Positions 1 to 7,251 of a DNA stretch of 60,937 bases are shown one piece after another (the stretch's first letter is position 1; each line of letters starts with the position of its first letter). The DNA comes from a virus: IMG/VR virus record IMGVR_UViG_3300045988_087795, one strand, 5' to 3'. Both the position numbers and the translations under genes were made by a program. The notes below the pieces were generated by a model. The model made no database searches. It worked only from the letters and a program-made list of their open reading frames with translations, and was not told the DNA's origin.

Positions 1-80
1 GTTCGGCAACAATAACTCCTACAAGGATTCCAGCATCCACACATACCTGAACGGAACGTTCTACAACCTCATCGACAGCA
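1..80. repeat. Terminal redundancy, identical to 60858..60937 (circular-assembly overlap)
   Basis: The 80 nt gttcggcaacaataactcc...catcgacagca occur at both window ends, and a reading frame runs through them. Confidence 0.9.
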
Positions 81-1087
81 ACATCCGGGCGGCTATTAAG
101 CAGGTGAAAATCCCGTACCAGAACGGCACTGGTTCCGGCGGCAGCCTTGCCACCGGCTCCAACGGCCTGAGCACCAAAGTGTTCTTGCTGTCTGGTTATG
201 AGGTTGGTTGGACGACCAGCGACAACGGCTATTTCCCGAAGGACGGTGTGAGGCTGGCATACTTTGGCAACAGCTCCAGCGGTAACAGCAAGCGTATTGC
301 ATACAATGGCAGCTCCGCTGCCATTTGGTGGCTGCGCTCTCCGTACACCGACAGTGGCAACAGCGTCTGGGGCGTCGTCACCGATGGCTCCTACCGCTGC
401 GGCTGGTACAGCCACTCCTGTGGTGTTCGCCCCGCTTTCATTCTTCCCTCTACACTCGTGGTCTCTGACGACGGCACGGTCAGTGTCAACACTGCACCTA
501 CCGTCAGCACGGACGGCGCAGCTCTGGGGCGGAAGAACGCGGCCTTTGCGTGGAAGTACACCGTCAGGGATGCCGACGGCGACACCTTGACCGTCACCGA
601 AAAGCTGGACGGCAAGACCACCAAGGCCCACACCGGCGTTGCCAGCGGCACGGCTCTGACCTTTGAGCAGACGGCCAGCGCTGCCGGATTCCAGAAAATC
701 CTGAACGGCAACCACACCATCACCGTTGAGGTGAGCGACGGCAAGGAAACCGTCAGCACGTCCGCGACCTTTACCAAGGCCGTCCACGCCGCAAGCGTGA
801 CGCTGGCTGAACCGTTGGCCGTTGAGGGAGACATTACCGTTGCCGTGCTTCAGGTGACCGGCTCCATCCCCGATGATGCGAAGTTCAAAGCCGAAGTGAC
901 CAACAACGCACTCGACAGCTCCCCGGTCTGGCAGGATGCCACGACCGAGGTAAAAAAAGGCGTGAACATCGTCTTTGAGAATAAGACCGCCACCAACGGC
1001 GCGGCGTTTAACTTCCGCGTCAGCGTGGAGCGCGGCGAATCCGGCGAGGGCGGCTACATCGAAGCCGTCTCCGGCGCATTCCAGTAA
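2..1087 (+). CDS. DGR target protein, 3-prime part. Variable C-type-lectin-like (DUF6273/DUF1566-like) domain followed by an Ig-like C-terminal region. The 5-prime part is at 60685..60937; 419 aa in total. Probable tail fibre / receptor-binding protein.
   Basis: The frame is open from the window edge and continues in frame from the ATG at 60685 through the 80-bp overlap. Motifs KVFLLSGYE, WWLRSPY and GVRPAFIL. Contains the VR at 316..436. Confidence 0.85.
   Translation, partial: FGNNNSYKDSSIHTYLNGTFYNLIDSNIRAAIKQVKIPYQNGTGSGGSLATGSNGLSTKVFLLSGYEVGWTTSDNGYFPKDGVRLAYFGNSSSGNSKRIAYNGSSAAIWWLRSPYTDSGNSVWGVVTDGSYRCGWYSHSCGVRPAFILPSTLVVSDDGTVSVNTAPTVSTDGAALGRKNAAFAWKYTVRDADGDTLTVTEKLDGKTTKAHTGVASGTALTFEQTASAAGFQKILNGNHTITVEVSDGKETVSTSATFTKAVHAASVTLAEPLAVEGDITVAVLQVTGSIPDDAKFKAEVTNNALDSSPVWQDATTEVKKGVNIVFENKTATNGAAFNFRVSVERGESGEGGYIEAVSGAFQ
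316..436 (+). repeat. DGR variable repeat (VR)
   Basis: Ungapped 121-bp match to 59144..59264 with 14 mismatches, every one opposite an A in the other copy. Confidence 0.9.
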
Positions 1088-1101
1088 GGAGGACAGTCAC
1101 C

Positions 1102-1305
1102 ATGATTCAGTGGGAAAAGGACAATCTGCCCACCCGGCAGGAGAAGGAAGCCGCAGCCAAGAAGCAGCAGGAGCACGAACAGTTGCCCGACCGTGTGGCT
1201 GAAATGGAAGATGCCCTGTGCGAACAGGACGCGGCCAACGAGAAGCGCTTGACCGACATCGAAACCGCGCTGTGTGAGCTGGACGCAGCGCTGAACAAGG
1301 AATAA
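1102..1305 (+). CDS. Small coiled-coil protein downstream of the fibre gene, hypothetical
   Basis: RBS aaggagg upstream of the ATG. 67 aa, rich in E/K/A. Confidence 0.55.
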   Translation: MIQWEKDNLPTRQEKEAAAKKQQEHEQLPDRVAEMEDALCEQDAANEKRLTDIETALCELDAALNKE

Positions 1306-1317
1306 GGAGGTATCACC

Positions 1318-1485
1318 ATGAACATTATCTGGGCAAACCGCCTGATTGCAGGCACTAAGACTTGGGCTGAGATGCCCGCATCCCGCCGCGTTGGCGTGAA
1401 GAAAGTTCTTGCCGAGCGCGTGGAAAGCGGTGAAATTACCGCCGACGACTACAAGAACATCACGGGCGAAGACTATACGGCCTAA
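1318..1485 (+). CDS. XkdX/CD1375-like small phage protein (55 aa, not in the ORF track)
   Basis: aaggagg RBS then ATG 1318. Translation MNIIWANRLIAGTKTWAEMPASRR...GEITADDYKNITGEDYTA is typical of small proteins between fibre and lysis genes in Firmicute phages. Confidence 0.55.
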   Translation: MNIIWANRLIAGTKTWAEMPASRRVGVKKVLAERVESGEITADDYKNITGEDYTA

Positions 1486-1506
1486 AATTTCGGAGGGCAG
1501 CGTGAT

Positions 1507-1689
1507 TTGAGTAATTTACAGATTATCGAAGCCTTAACCGACATTGTGAGCAAGCAGAGCGAGATCATCCGCATCCAGGCGGACGCCTTAGCGCAGGTTG
1601 GCGCGGTATGCGCAGAAGAACAGATTGTCAGTGTGGACAGTCAGATCGGCCAGCTTTTGGGCGCGGACGAGCTCCCGTTTCCGCTTTGA
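1507..1689 (+). CDS. Hypothetical small protein (TTG start)
   Basis: ggaggg lies 9 nt upstream of the TTG. 60-aa ORF in the operon orientation. Confidence 0.35.
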   Translation: MSNLQIIEALTDIVSKQSEIIRIQADALAQVGAVCAEEQIVSVDSQIGQLLGADELPFPL

Positions 1690-1767
1690 TGGAAGCAGCA
1701 GGAAAGGAGGTGGTAGCCTATGATTGCCGCTTTCTTATAGTGGCGCAAAGTGCAGAAAGAAGGGAAC

Positions 1768-2253
1768 ATGAGCACCCAAGACTTACTTGCAGCAGCCGGA
1801 CTTGTGGCCGCCGGGCTTATGGCGGCCACAAGAATTTTTCAGATTAAAAAAATCGAAATCAACCCATGGAAGACCATCGTGCGGGCCATCGGCCGCGCCC
1901 TGACTGCGGAGCTTTCCGAGAAAATGGAGGCCGCGCAAAAAAGCCAGGACCAGAAGTGGGAGGAACTCAAGCACTACCAGGAGGAAACCCGGCGCCTCCT
2001 GGACGACCACGTCCGCACAGACGACGAGCGCAACGCGGACCTTTTGCGGAGCCGGATTCTTCGGTTTAACAATGAGCTTGTCCGCGGCATCGAGCACACC
2101 CAAGAGGACTTCGACGAGATTTTATGCATCGTTGACGATTACAGAACGTATTGCAAGTCGCACGAGGAGTATAAAAACAACAAGTGCACCCATGCTATTT
2201 CGAATATTGAGCGTTGCTATGATGAACGCCTGGAAAAGCACGACTTTCTTTAA
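1768..2253 (+). CDS. N-terminally membrane-anchored protein next to the lysis genes (function unknown, possibly holin-associated)
   Basis: ATG at 1768 preceded by gaaagaaggg. One hydrophobic helix (LLAAAGLVAAGLMAA), then a charged soluble domain. Confidence 0.5.
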   Translation: MSTQDLLAAAGLVAAGLMAATRIFQIKKIEINPWKTIVRAIGRALTAELSEKMEAAQKSQDQKWEELKHYQEETRRLLDDHVRTDDERNADLLRSRILRFNNELVRGIEHTQEDFDEILCIVDDYRTYCKSHEEYKNNKCTHAISNIERCYDERLEKHDFL

Positions 2254-2265
2254 GGAGGACTCGAA

Positions 2266-2895
2266 ATGATTTATAAGTACCTGGACGCCAGCCGCTACCA
2301 GGGGAAAATCGACTGGGACGCGGTGAAGCGCAGCGGGAAAATTGACGGTGCCATCCTGAAAACGGTTTCCACCAACAAGAGCTTCGGCGGCGTCTACATT
2401 GACCCCCAGTTTGAGCGCAACTATTCGGAATGCACCCGCCTGGGCATCCCTGTGGGCGCCTATTACTACACCTACGCCCAGAATGAGGCAGCCCGGGCCG
2501 TGGAGCTTGTGAAGGTGCGCCAGGCATTGACCGGCAAGACCTTCCAACTCCCCGTTGCCGTCGATGTGGAGGACAACAAGCTGAAACCCATCCCGGCCAA
2601 GGAACTTTCCGCCCTTGTGACGGGCGCTGCTAAACAGATCGAGGCCTGGGGCCTCTATGCCATGGTCTACACCTATACCAGCTACGCAAACACGGAGCTG
2701 GACATGGACGCCCTGAAAGCGTTTGACCTGTGGATCGCGGACTACCGCGGCAAGCGGCCCTCCCGCAAGCACGGTATCTGGCAGTATACCAGCGAGGGAA
2801 CCGTCCCCGGCATCACCGGCGACGTGGACCTGAACCACGCCTATAAAAATTACCCGGCCATCATTCAGAGGGCCGGGCTTTCTTCTATCCGCTAA
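2266..2895 (+). CDS. Endolysin, glycoside hydrolase family 25 muramidase
   Basis: LDASRYQGKIDWDAV, YYYTYA, PVAVDVED, WIADY, WQYTSEG..GITGDVDLN are GH25 hallmarks. Confidence 0.9.
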   Translation: MIYKYLDASRYQGKIDWDAVKRSGKIDGAILKTVSTNKSFGGVYIDPQFERNYSECTRLGIPVGAYYYTYAQNEAARAVELVKVRQALTGKTFQLPVAVDVEDNKLKPIPAKELSALVTGAAKQIEAWGLYAMVYTYTSYANTELDMDALKAFDLWIADYRGKRPSRKHGIWQYTSEGTVPGITGDVDLNHAYKNYPAIIQRAGLSSIR

Positions 2896-2913
2896 AATTG
2901 AAAGGAGAACACC

Positions 2914-3321
2914 ATGAAAGAGATTCTGACCCAGCTTCTTTTTTCCGTCCTGACCATCTGCACACCCCTGGCAATCGCATACGTTTACAAGGCGGCTGCT
3001 GCCATCAACGCCTCCACGGCCGAGAAGATCAAGAACGAGACCATCCAGCGCATTTGCTGCGAGATCACCGACGCCGTGGCGGATGCCGTGGCAGCCATGA
3101 ACCAGACCTATGTAAACGACCTGAAAAAGACCGGCTCTTTCGATAAGGCCGCCCAGGCCAAGGCATTGAATGGCGCAATTTCCGCCGCAATTAAGAGCCT
3201 GAGCAGCGACGCTCTGGACTACATCAAGGGAATTTCCGGCGGCGACACCGTGGGCTATCTGACCACGCGCATCCAGGCCCAGATCGACCGCAACAAGACG
3301 GCCAAGGCTGCGCAGCAGTAA
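2914..3321 (+). CDS. Holin, LL-H-like
   Basis: N-terminal TM helix (LLFSVLTICTPLAIAYVY) followed by a long Ala-rich amphipathic region. Sits directly after the endolysin. Confidence 0.65.
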   Translation: MKEILTQLLFSVLTICTPLAIAYVYKAAAAINASTAEKIKNETIQRICCEITDAVADAVAAMNQTYVNDLKKTGSFDKAAQAKALNGAISAAIKSLSSDALDYIKGISGGDTVGYLTTRIQAQIDRNKTAKAAQQ

Positions 3322-3357
3322 CGCCGCACACAAACCCCACCTAAGAGCATACGAAAG

Positions 3358-3394
3358 CCCCCCCCCCCCACCACCCCCCCCACACAACCCCCCC
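3358..3394. repeat. C-rich low-complexity tract (runs of C12, C8 and C7)
   Basis: Read directly: ccc ccccccccc a cc a cccccccc acacaa ccccccc, just after the holin stop. Confidence 0.9.
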
Positions 3395-3410
3395 AAAAGA
3401 GAATACAAAA

Positions 3411-3455
3411 CCCCCCTTTTCGGAAATCCGCTGAAAGGGGGGCTTTTTCTTTTTG
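3411..3455 (+). terminator. Rho-independent terminator closing the late/lysis operon
   Basis: Stem ccccccttt (3411..3419) pairs with aaagggggg (3434..3442), followed by ctttttcttttt. Confidence 0.8.
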
Positions 3456-3488
3456 CCTAAAAATAATCGTGTTTCGCAAAATTCCCTC

Positions 3489-3517
3489 TTGACTTATAAA
3501 CCGAAGCGGTTTATAAT
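3489..3517 (+). promoter_or_regulatory. Near-consensus sigma-70-type promoter for the accessory island
   Basis: TTGACT (3489..3494), 17-nt spacer, TATAAT (3512..3517). The first gene starts at 3560. Confidence 0.7.
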
Positions 3518-3559
3518 AAAGGCGTAGAGAACAGCAGCACACAAGAGGAGGAACGAAAA

Positions 3560-3736
3560 ATGAAGGTTCGGTATACACGGTTCGAGGTTGTGTTCCGGGA
3601 AACTACCCTGGTATTCACCGACCGGGACCCGAAGTTTAGAAACCGGCTGGACGTTTACAATTACGTCTGCGCAGAGCGGCTCGGCAAGAAGTACGGAAAG
3701 CTCGTTCGCATCAATGAATCCACGGTTTGTTACTAA
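3560..3736 (+). CDS. Hypothetical protein (58 aa, not in the ORF track)
   Basis: aggagg RBS at 3545..3550 and ATG at 3560. First ORF after the promoter. Confidence 0.5.
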   Translation: MKVRYTRFEVVFRETTLVFTDRDPKFRNRLDVYNYVCAERLGKKYGKLVRINESTVCY

Positions 3737-3755
3737 GAAGGAAGGAGCATGAGTT

Positions 3756-4004
3756 ATGAGCAAGTATTATGAAGTTCGTTTTTACACAAAGAAGGGCGGG
3801 GAGCAAAGTTGGGTAATCCATGTTGAAGCGAAAACCGCCAAAGAGGCCAAAGAAATAGCAATTCATAAATGGGCTTGCGATAGTCGTTTCAGCGGTATGC
3901 ATCAATTTGGTATCAAGGTTCGTTTGCTTAAAGATAATGAAGAATATCGTTGGCATTACTTTGCAGTGGTCGGAGAAGGATGTTTCAACACTGCGGGACG
4001 CTGA
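3756..4004 (+). CDS. Hypothetical protein, visibly AT-richer than the genome
   Basis: RBS aaggaagga. 82-aa ORF. Confidence 0.55.
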   Translation: MSKYYEVRFYTKKGGEQSWVIHVEAKTAKEAKEIAIHKWACDSRFSGMHQFGIKVRLLKDNEEYRWHYFAVVGEGCFNTAGR

Positions 4005-4035
4005 TTAAGGTGCACTAAAGAGGGAGGGCAGAAAC

Positions 4036-4278
4036 ATGGAGAACATCACACCGTTTGACCTGGGCGGGCTGGCAAAGGACCTGGACAACCAGTTGATCGG
4101 GATGCGCAGCCCATTTGGGCCAGCAGAGGACCGGCCGTTGCATGAAGCAAGCTACGTTGGAATGAAACACGCGTTTGAAGCCCTTGGCGGCAAGTACAAG
4201 GTGGACAGGCACGGAAGCCACCGGCTTTTCTTGCTGGGCATTTCAAGCCAAGGATTCGATTACTATACGGAGGACTGA
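4036..4278 (+). CDS. Hypothetical protein
   Basis: RBS agagggaggg. 80-aa ORF. Confidence 0.55.
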   Translation: MENITPFDLGGLAKDLDNQLIGMRSPFGPAEDRPLHEASYVGMKHAFEALGGKYKVDRHGSHRLFLLGISSQGFDYYTED

Positions 4279-4281
4279 ACC

Positions 4282-4527
4282 ATGAAGAACGTTATTTTCA
4301 CCTACGACACTATCCAGAACGGCGAGCGCGGCGAGGCCTGCGCAATGATCCTAGTGGAGGACGCCCAGGCCTGGGCGCTTCAATCCGCCTTTAGCGAAAA
4401 GGACAACACCAAGGCAGGGCATTTTCTGAGAGAGCGCGGAATCGGCTTCTGCTGGAGCTGCGAGCACCTCCGCGGCCGCAGTTATGTTGAGAACAGCATT
4501 AAGAGCGTGGAAGTGAAGGAGGCATGA
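4282..4527 (+). CDS. Hypothetical protein
   Basis: RBS ggagga. Starts 3 nt after the upstream stop. 81 aa. Confidence 0.55.
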   Translation: MKNVIFTYDTIQNGERGEACAMILVEDAQAWALQSAFSEKDNTKAGHFLRERGIGFCWSCEHLRGRSYVENSIKSVEVKEA

Positions 4528-4530
4528 ACG

Positions 4531-4695
4531 ATGAAGCGTTACCAGATTTTGTACAACAAGGCCGGTTTCCCGCTCTGTGTTTGGAAGTCATCCGAGGAGG
4601 AGGCCCGCAGCTTTGCAAACAGGTTTCGGGCTGCTGGATACTCCGTTGATGTGTGGGAACACACGGAGACCGGCGCGCGCAAAACCAACATCTAA
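4531..4695 (+). CDS. Hypothetical protein (54 aa, not in the ORF track)
   Basis: RBS aaggagg and ATG 4531. MKRYQILYNKAGFPLCVWKSSEEEARSF... Confidence 0.45.
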   Translation: MKRYQILYNKAGFPLCVWKSSEEEARSFANRFRAAGYSVDVWEHTETGARKTNI

Positions 4696-4790
4696 CCCCG
4701 CCTGATGATGGCCCGAGGAAAAGGCCGAAACCACCCGGCAGCCAGCCGGGCAAGGTCGCGGGAACCATACCGCAGAGAGGAGCACAGAGC

Positions 4791-5030
4791 ATGGACAAAG
4801 TTAAATTCTTCAACCAGCAGTTGAACGGCCAGATTGTTATGGCGGAGCTTGAAGCGGAGCACCTGGCAAAATCAATTCGACTGCTTTCCGAGGGTGACGA
4901 CTATGTGGCCTGGGCTGGCGAGGTGGCAAATTACGCGACCACACTAAACCAGCTTGCGGAGGTTCTCACCGCACTGCGGAAGGTGGCGCGCGATTCGGAA
5001 ATTTTGATGGAACGGGAGGAAAAGGCATGA
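4791..5030 (+). CDS. Hypothetical protein
   Basis: Internal ATG preceded by gagaggag. The upstream part of the track ORF is Pro/Arg-rich and unlikely to be coding. Confidence 0.5.
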   Translation: MDKVKFFNQQLNGQIVMAELEAEHLAKSIRLLSEGDDYVAWAGEVANYATTLNQLAEVLTALRKVARDSEILMEREEKA

Positions 5031-5443
5031 GTGCAAAAACGATTTACAAGACCCTGGCGCCCTTCTTCGATGCCGTGGACGGCACCGAAGAAAAGGTCTT
5101 GAAGTTCACGGCCCCGGGCTATATGGACCTGTGCATCGAGGCCTTGGGCTACAATGACCACGAGGGCCGCCCGGTGTATTCCGTGGCCCACTATGGGGAG
5201 CAGAACGGCGACCTTATGCGGGACCCGGATGTGACCATGGGCGTTGACCGGGAAACCGGTACCGTGGAAGCGCTGACCTACCAGAACGACTACATCGGCC
5301 GCTATTGGGAAGTTTACAAAGACTTCGTGGACGGAAAGCCCACAAAATACTATCCGGCCATGAAAAAGGACCTTGCCGCCATGGTGACGGCCTGGGCGAA
5401 GAACATAAAGGCCCAGGGCTTCAACCCTGCGGTTCATGCGTAA
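5027..5443 (+). CDS. Conserved hypothetical protein. The YGEQNGDLMRDP motif resembles proteins common on Firmicute conjugative elements; the family name is uncertain.
   Basis: ATGA overlap with the upstream stop. 138 aa. Confidence 0.6.
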   Translation: MSAKTIYKTLAPFFDAVDGTEEKVLKFTAPGYMDLCIEALGYNDHEGRPVYSVAHYGEQNGDLMRDPDVTMGVDRETGTVEALTYQNDYIGRYWEVYKDFVDGKPTKYYPAMKKDLAAMVTAWAKNIKAQGFNPAVHA

Positions 5444-5456
5444 AGGAGGCGGGCGC

Positions 5457-5774
5457 ATGATAGGCGATCATTTGAAGCTGGTCGAGAACGTACCGGAAGG
5501 AGCGGCCTTCTGCTTTGACGGAAAGACCAAGAAGCAGAAAATCGACCAGAACGACATAATCCGGGAGCTTTTCGACCTGGGCATGGGCGGCAGCTATTAT
5601 GCCCAGGTGGTGAAGGTGCCGGGAGAGTACCCGGCGGAAGACCTTTCAGCGGTTCTGCTGTACGAGCCGGAGGAGACGGCGAAAATCTTCGCACAGTTGT
5701 GCGGCTACACGCTTTTGGACCAAAACGGCCGAGTGATTACAGGCCGAATGCCTGGACGGGAGGAACAGAAATGA
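5457..5774 (+). CDS. Hypothetical protein, translationally coupled to the ADP-ribosylglycohydrolase gene
   Basis: RBS aaggagg and ATG 5457. Its stop overlaps the next start (ATGA). Confidence 0.55.
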   Translation: MIGDHLKLVENVPEGAAFCFDGKTKKQKIDQNDIIRELFDLGMGGSYYAQVVKVPGEYPAEDLSAVLLYEPEETAKIFAQLCGYTLLDQNGRVITGRMPGREEQK

Positions 5775-6739
5775 AGAAGATCAACGAAAAGCAACTTGAC
5801 CGAATCCGTGGTGCCTTGTACGGCGTGGCCGTTGGCGACGCCCTGGGCGGCCCCCTGGAATTTATGAGTGACCAGCAGATCCGCGACGCATACGGTCGCG
5901 TTACCGACATGATCGGCGGCGGATGGCTGAACTTGAAGCCCGGCGAGGTTACGGACGATACACAGATGACCCTTTGCGTTGCCCGCGGCATCCTGGATGC
6001 CCTGGAAGGGGACAACGGCCTGGACCTGGTAGCCTCCGTCGGCCAGCAGTTCATTGCATGGGCTGACAGCAAACCGAAGGACATCGGCGGCGCCTGCTCG
6101 CACAGCATTGCCATTGCAAAGGGACTGGGCCGCATTCGCTGGCAGGGCGTTCCGACGGCTGCGGACTGGATGGAGGCCGCGCGACAGACCAGGCGCGACG
6201 GCGGCCGCCCTGTGGAAGGCAACGGCGCTCTGATGCGCACCGTATACCCTGGCCTTTACTGCAAGACAAAGGGCGCTGCGGAGATGCAGGCCAGGGCGTT
6301 TGCAGAAATGACGCACTGCGGGGACAAGTCCACCGAGGCTTGCGTTTTGTACACGAGAATGGTATATTTATTAACGGAATCGGTTGGTAACTTCCAGGAC
6401 GGCGACGTGGCGGACTTTCTGCACGAGTGCTTGAAGGGGACGTGTTACGACGGCTCCGTGGAAGCGGCTGCGACGTATGCAGCGGGCGGCTATGTGGTGG
6501 ACAGCATGAGCACTGCCGTGAGCTGCCTCGCACACGCCCAGACCTTCGAGGAGGCCGTCTGCGCGGCCGCAAACCTGGGTGGTGATACCGACACCAACGC
6601 AGCCATTACCGGCGGCCTGGCAGGCGCTTGGTTTGGCTTCTCGGCCATTCCGGCGCGCTGGGTGGACGCCCTGGCCCCTGGGCTGCGGCAAGATCTGGAC
6701 ATTCTGGCCGCAGCAGCAGAGAGCCACCGCAACAAGTAA
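5771..6739 (+). CDS. ADP-ribosylglycohydrolase family protein (ARH/DraG-like)
   Basis: N-terminal GALYGVAVGDALGGPLEF, TDDTQM, and C-terminal GGDTDTNAAITGGLAGAWFG metal-site motifs. Confidence 0.85.
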   Translation: MKKINEKQLDRIRGALYGVAVGDALGGPLEFMSDQQIRDAYGRVTDMIGGGWLNLKPGEVTDDTQMTLCVARGILDALEGDNGLDLVASVGQQFIAWADSKPKDIGGACSHSIAIAKGLGRIRWQGVPTAADWMEAARQTRRDGGRPVEGNGALMRTVYPGLYCKTKGAAEMQARAFAEMTHCGDKSTEACVLYTRMVYLLTESVGNFQDGDVADFLHECLKGTCYDGSVEAAATYAAGGYVVDSMSTAVSCLAHAQTFEEAVCAAANLGGDTDTNAAITGGLAGAWFGFSAIPARWVDALAPGLRQDLDILAAAAESHRNK

Positions 6740-6753
6740 CAGGAGGAAAAGCA

Positions 6754-6981
6754 ATGCCATACGGAAGGCCTATGAAGGGCGCCAGCCGGAGAGTGCCCAC
6801 AACGGTACACATCCCCACCGGCACCCTGGACATTATCGACAACTATATTGACGACCGGGAAAAGAACGTTGAAACCGGCCGCATGAGCCGCAGCGACTTC
6901 ATCAACGAGGCCGTGAACCGCTACCTTGTGGAGCTGGGTTTGGTGGAGCCTGAAAGTAACACCGAAGTAACACCCAAGTAA
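6754..6981 (+). CDS. Ribbon-helix-helix (CopG/MetJ-like) DNA-binding protein
   Basis: aggagg RBS. RVPTTVHIPTGTLDIID...MSRSDFINEAVNRYL fits a beta strand followed by two helices. Confidence 0.65.
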   Translation: MPYGRPMKGASRRVPTTVHIPTGTLDIIDNYIDDREKNVETGRMSRSDFINEAVNRYLVELGLVEPESNTEVTPK

Positions 6982-6983
6982 CA
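6954..6983 (+). repeat. Three tandem AAGTAACA units with 11-bp phasing (candidate integrase arm-type sites)
   Basis: aagtaaca at 6954, 6965 and 6976. Confidence 0.6.
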
Positions 6984-7160
6984 GAAGCACCCAGAAGCCA
7001 ACGAGAACCAAGGAAATACAGGAAATACAAGCATTGGAAAGAATAGAAAATAACCAATGCGAACAGAAGACAACCGCCCACCATAGAGCTCGAGTAATAA
7101 AAATCTGCCTTCCGGCTTTTTAGACCTCCAAAAAATAGAACACAACAGCGTATAAAAACA

Positions 7161-7196
7161 GCCCCGCTTTCAAGAATTTTCGCTTGAAGGCGGGGC
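7161..7196. terminator. Bidirectional rho-independent terminator between the island and int
   Basis: gccccgctttcaag / cttgaaggcggggc gives a 14-bp stem with one G-U pair. An A-tract lies upstream and tttttt downstream. Confidence 0.85.
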
Positions 7197-7209
7197 TTTT
7201 TTGTGCCCG

Positions 7210-7228
7210 AAGTAACAGAAAAGTAACA
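7210..7228 (+). repeat. Two more AAGTAACA units, 11-bp phasing
   Basis: aagtaaca at 7210 and 7221, in the same orientation as the 6954..6983 set. Confidence 0.6.
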
Positions 7229-7251
7229 CCCTGGGCAGAATCAAACCAGTA

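Noticed and set aside
1-80. Terminal repeat as attL/attR or a packaging DTR
   Set aside because: It lies inside a continuous coding frame far from int, so assembly overlap of a circular molecule is the simpler reading. Read data could revise this.
264-834. Alternative-frame ORFs overlapping the VR region (264..590 plus, 391..834 minus)
   Set aside because: Only the frame carrying WWLRSP...GVRPA continues across the circular junction, has an RBS-equipped start, and places the TR AAY codons in frame.
2122-3408. 428-aa minus-strand ORF across the endolysin/holin genes, starting with a poly-Gly run
   Set aside because: The poly-Gly is just the complement of the C-tract, and the ORF is antisense to two motif-supported lysis genes.
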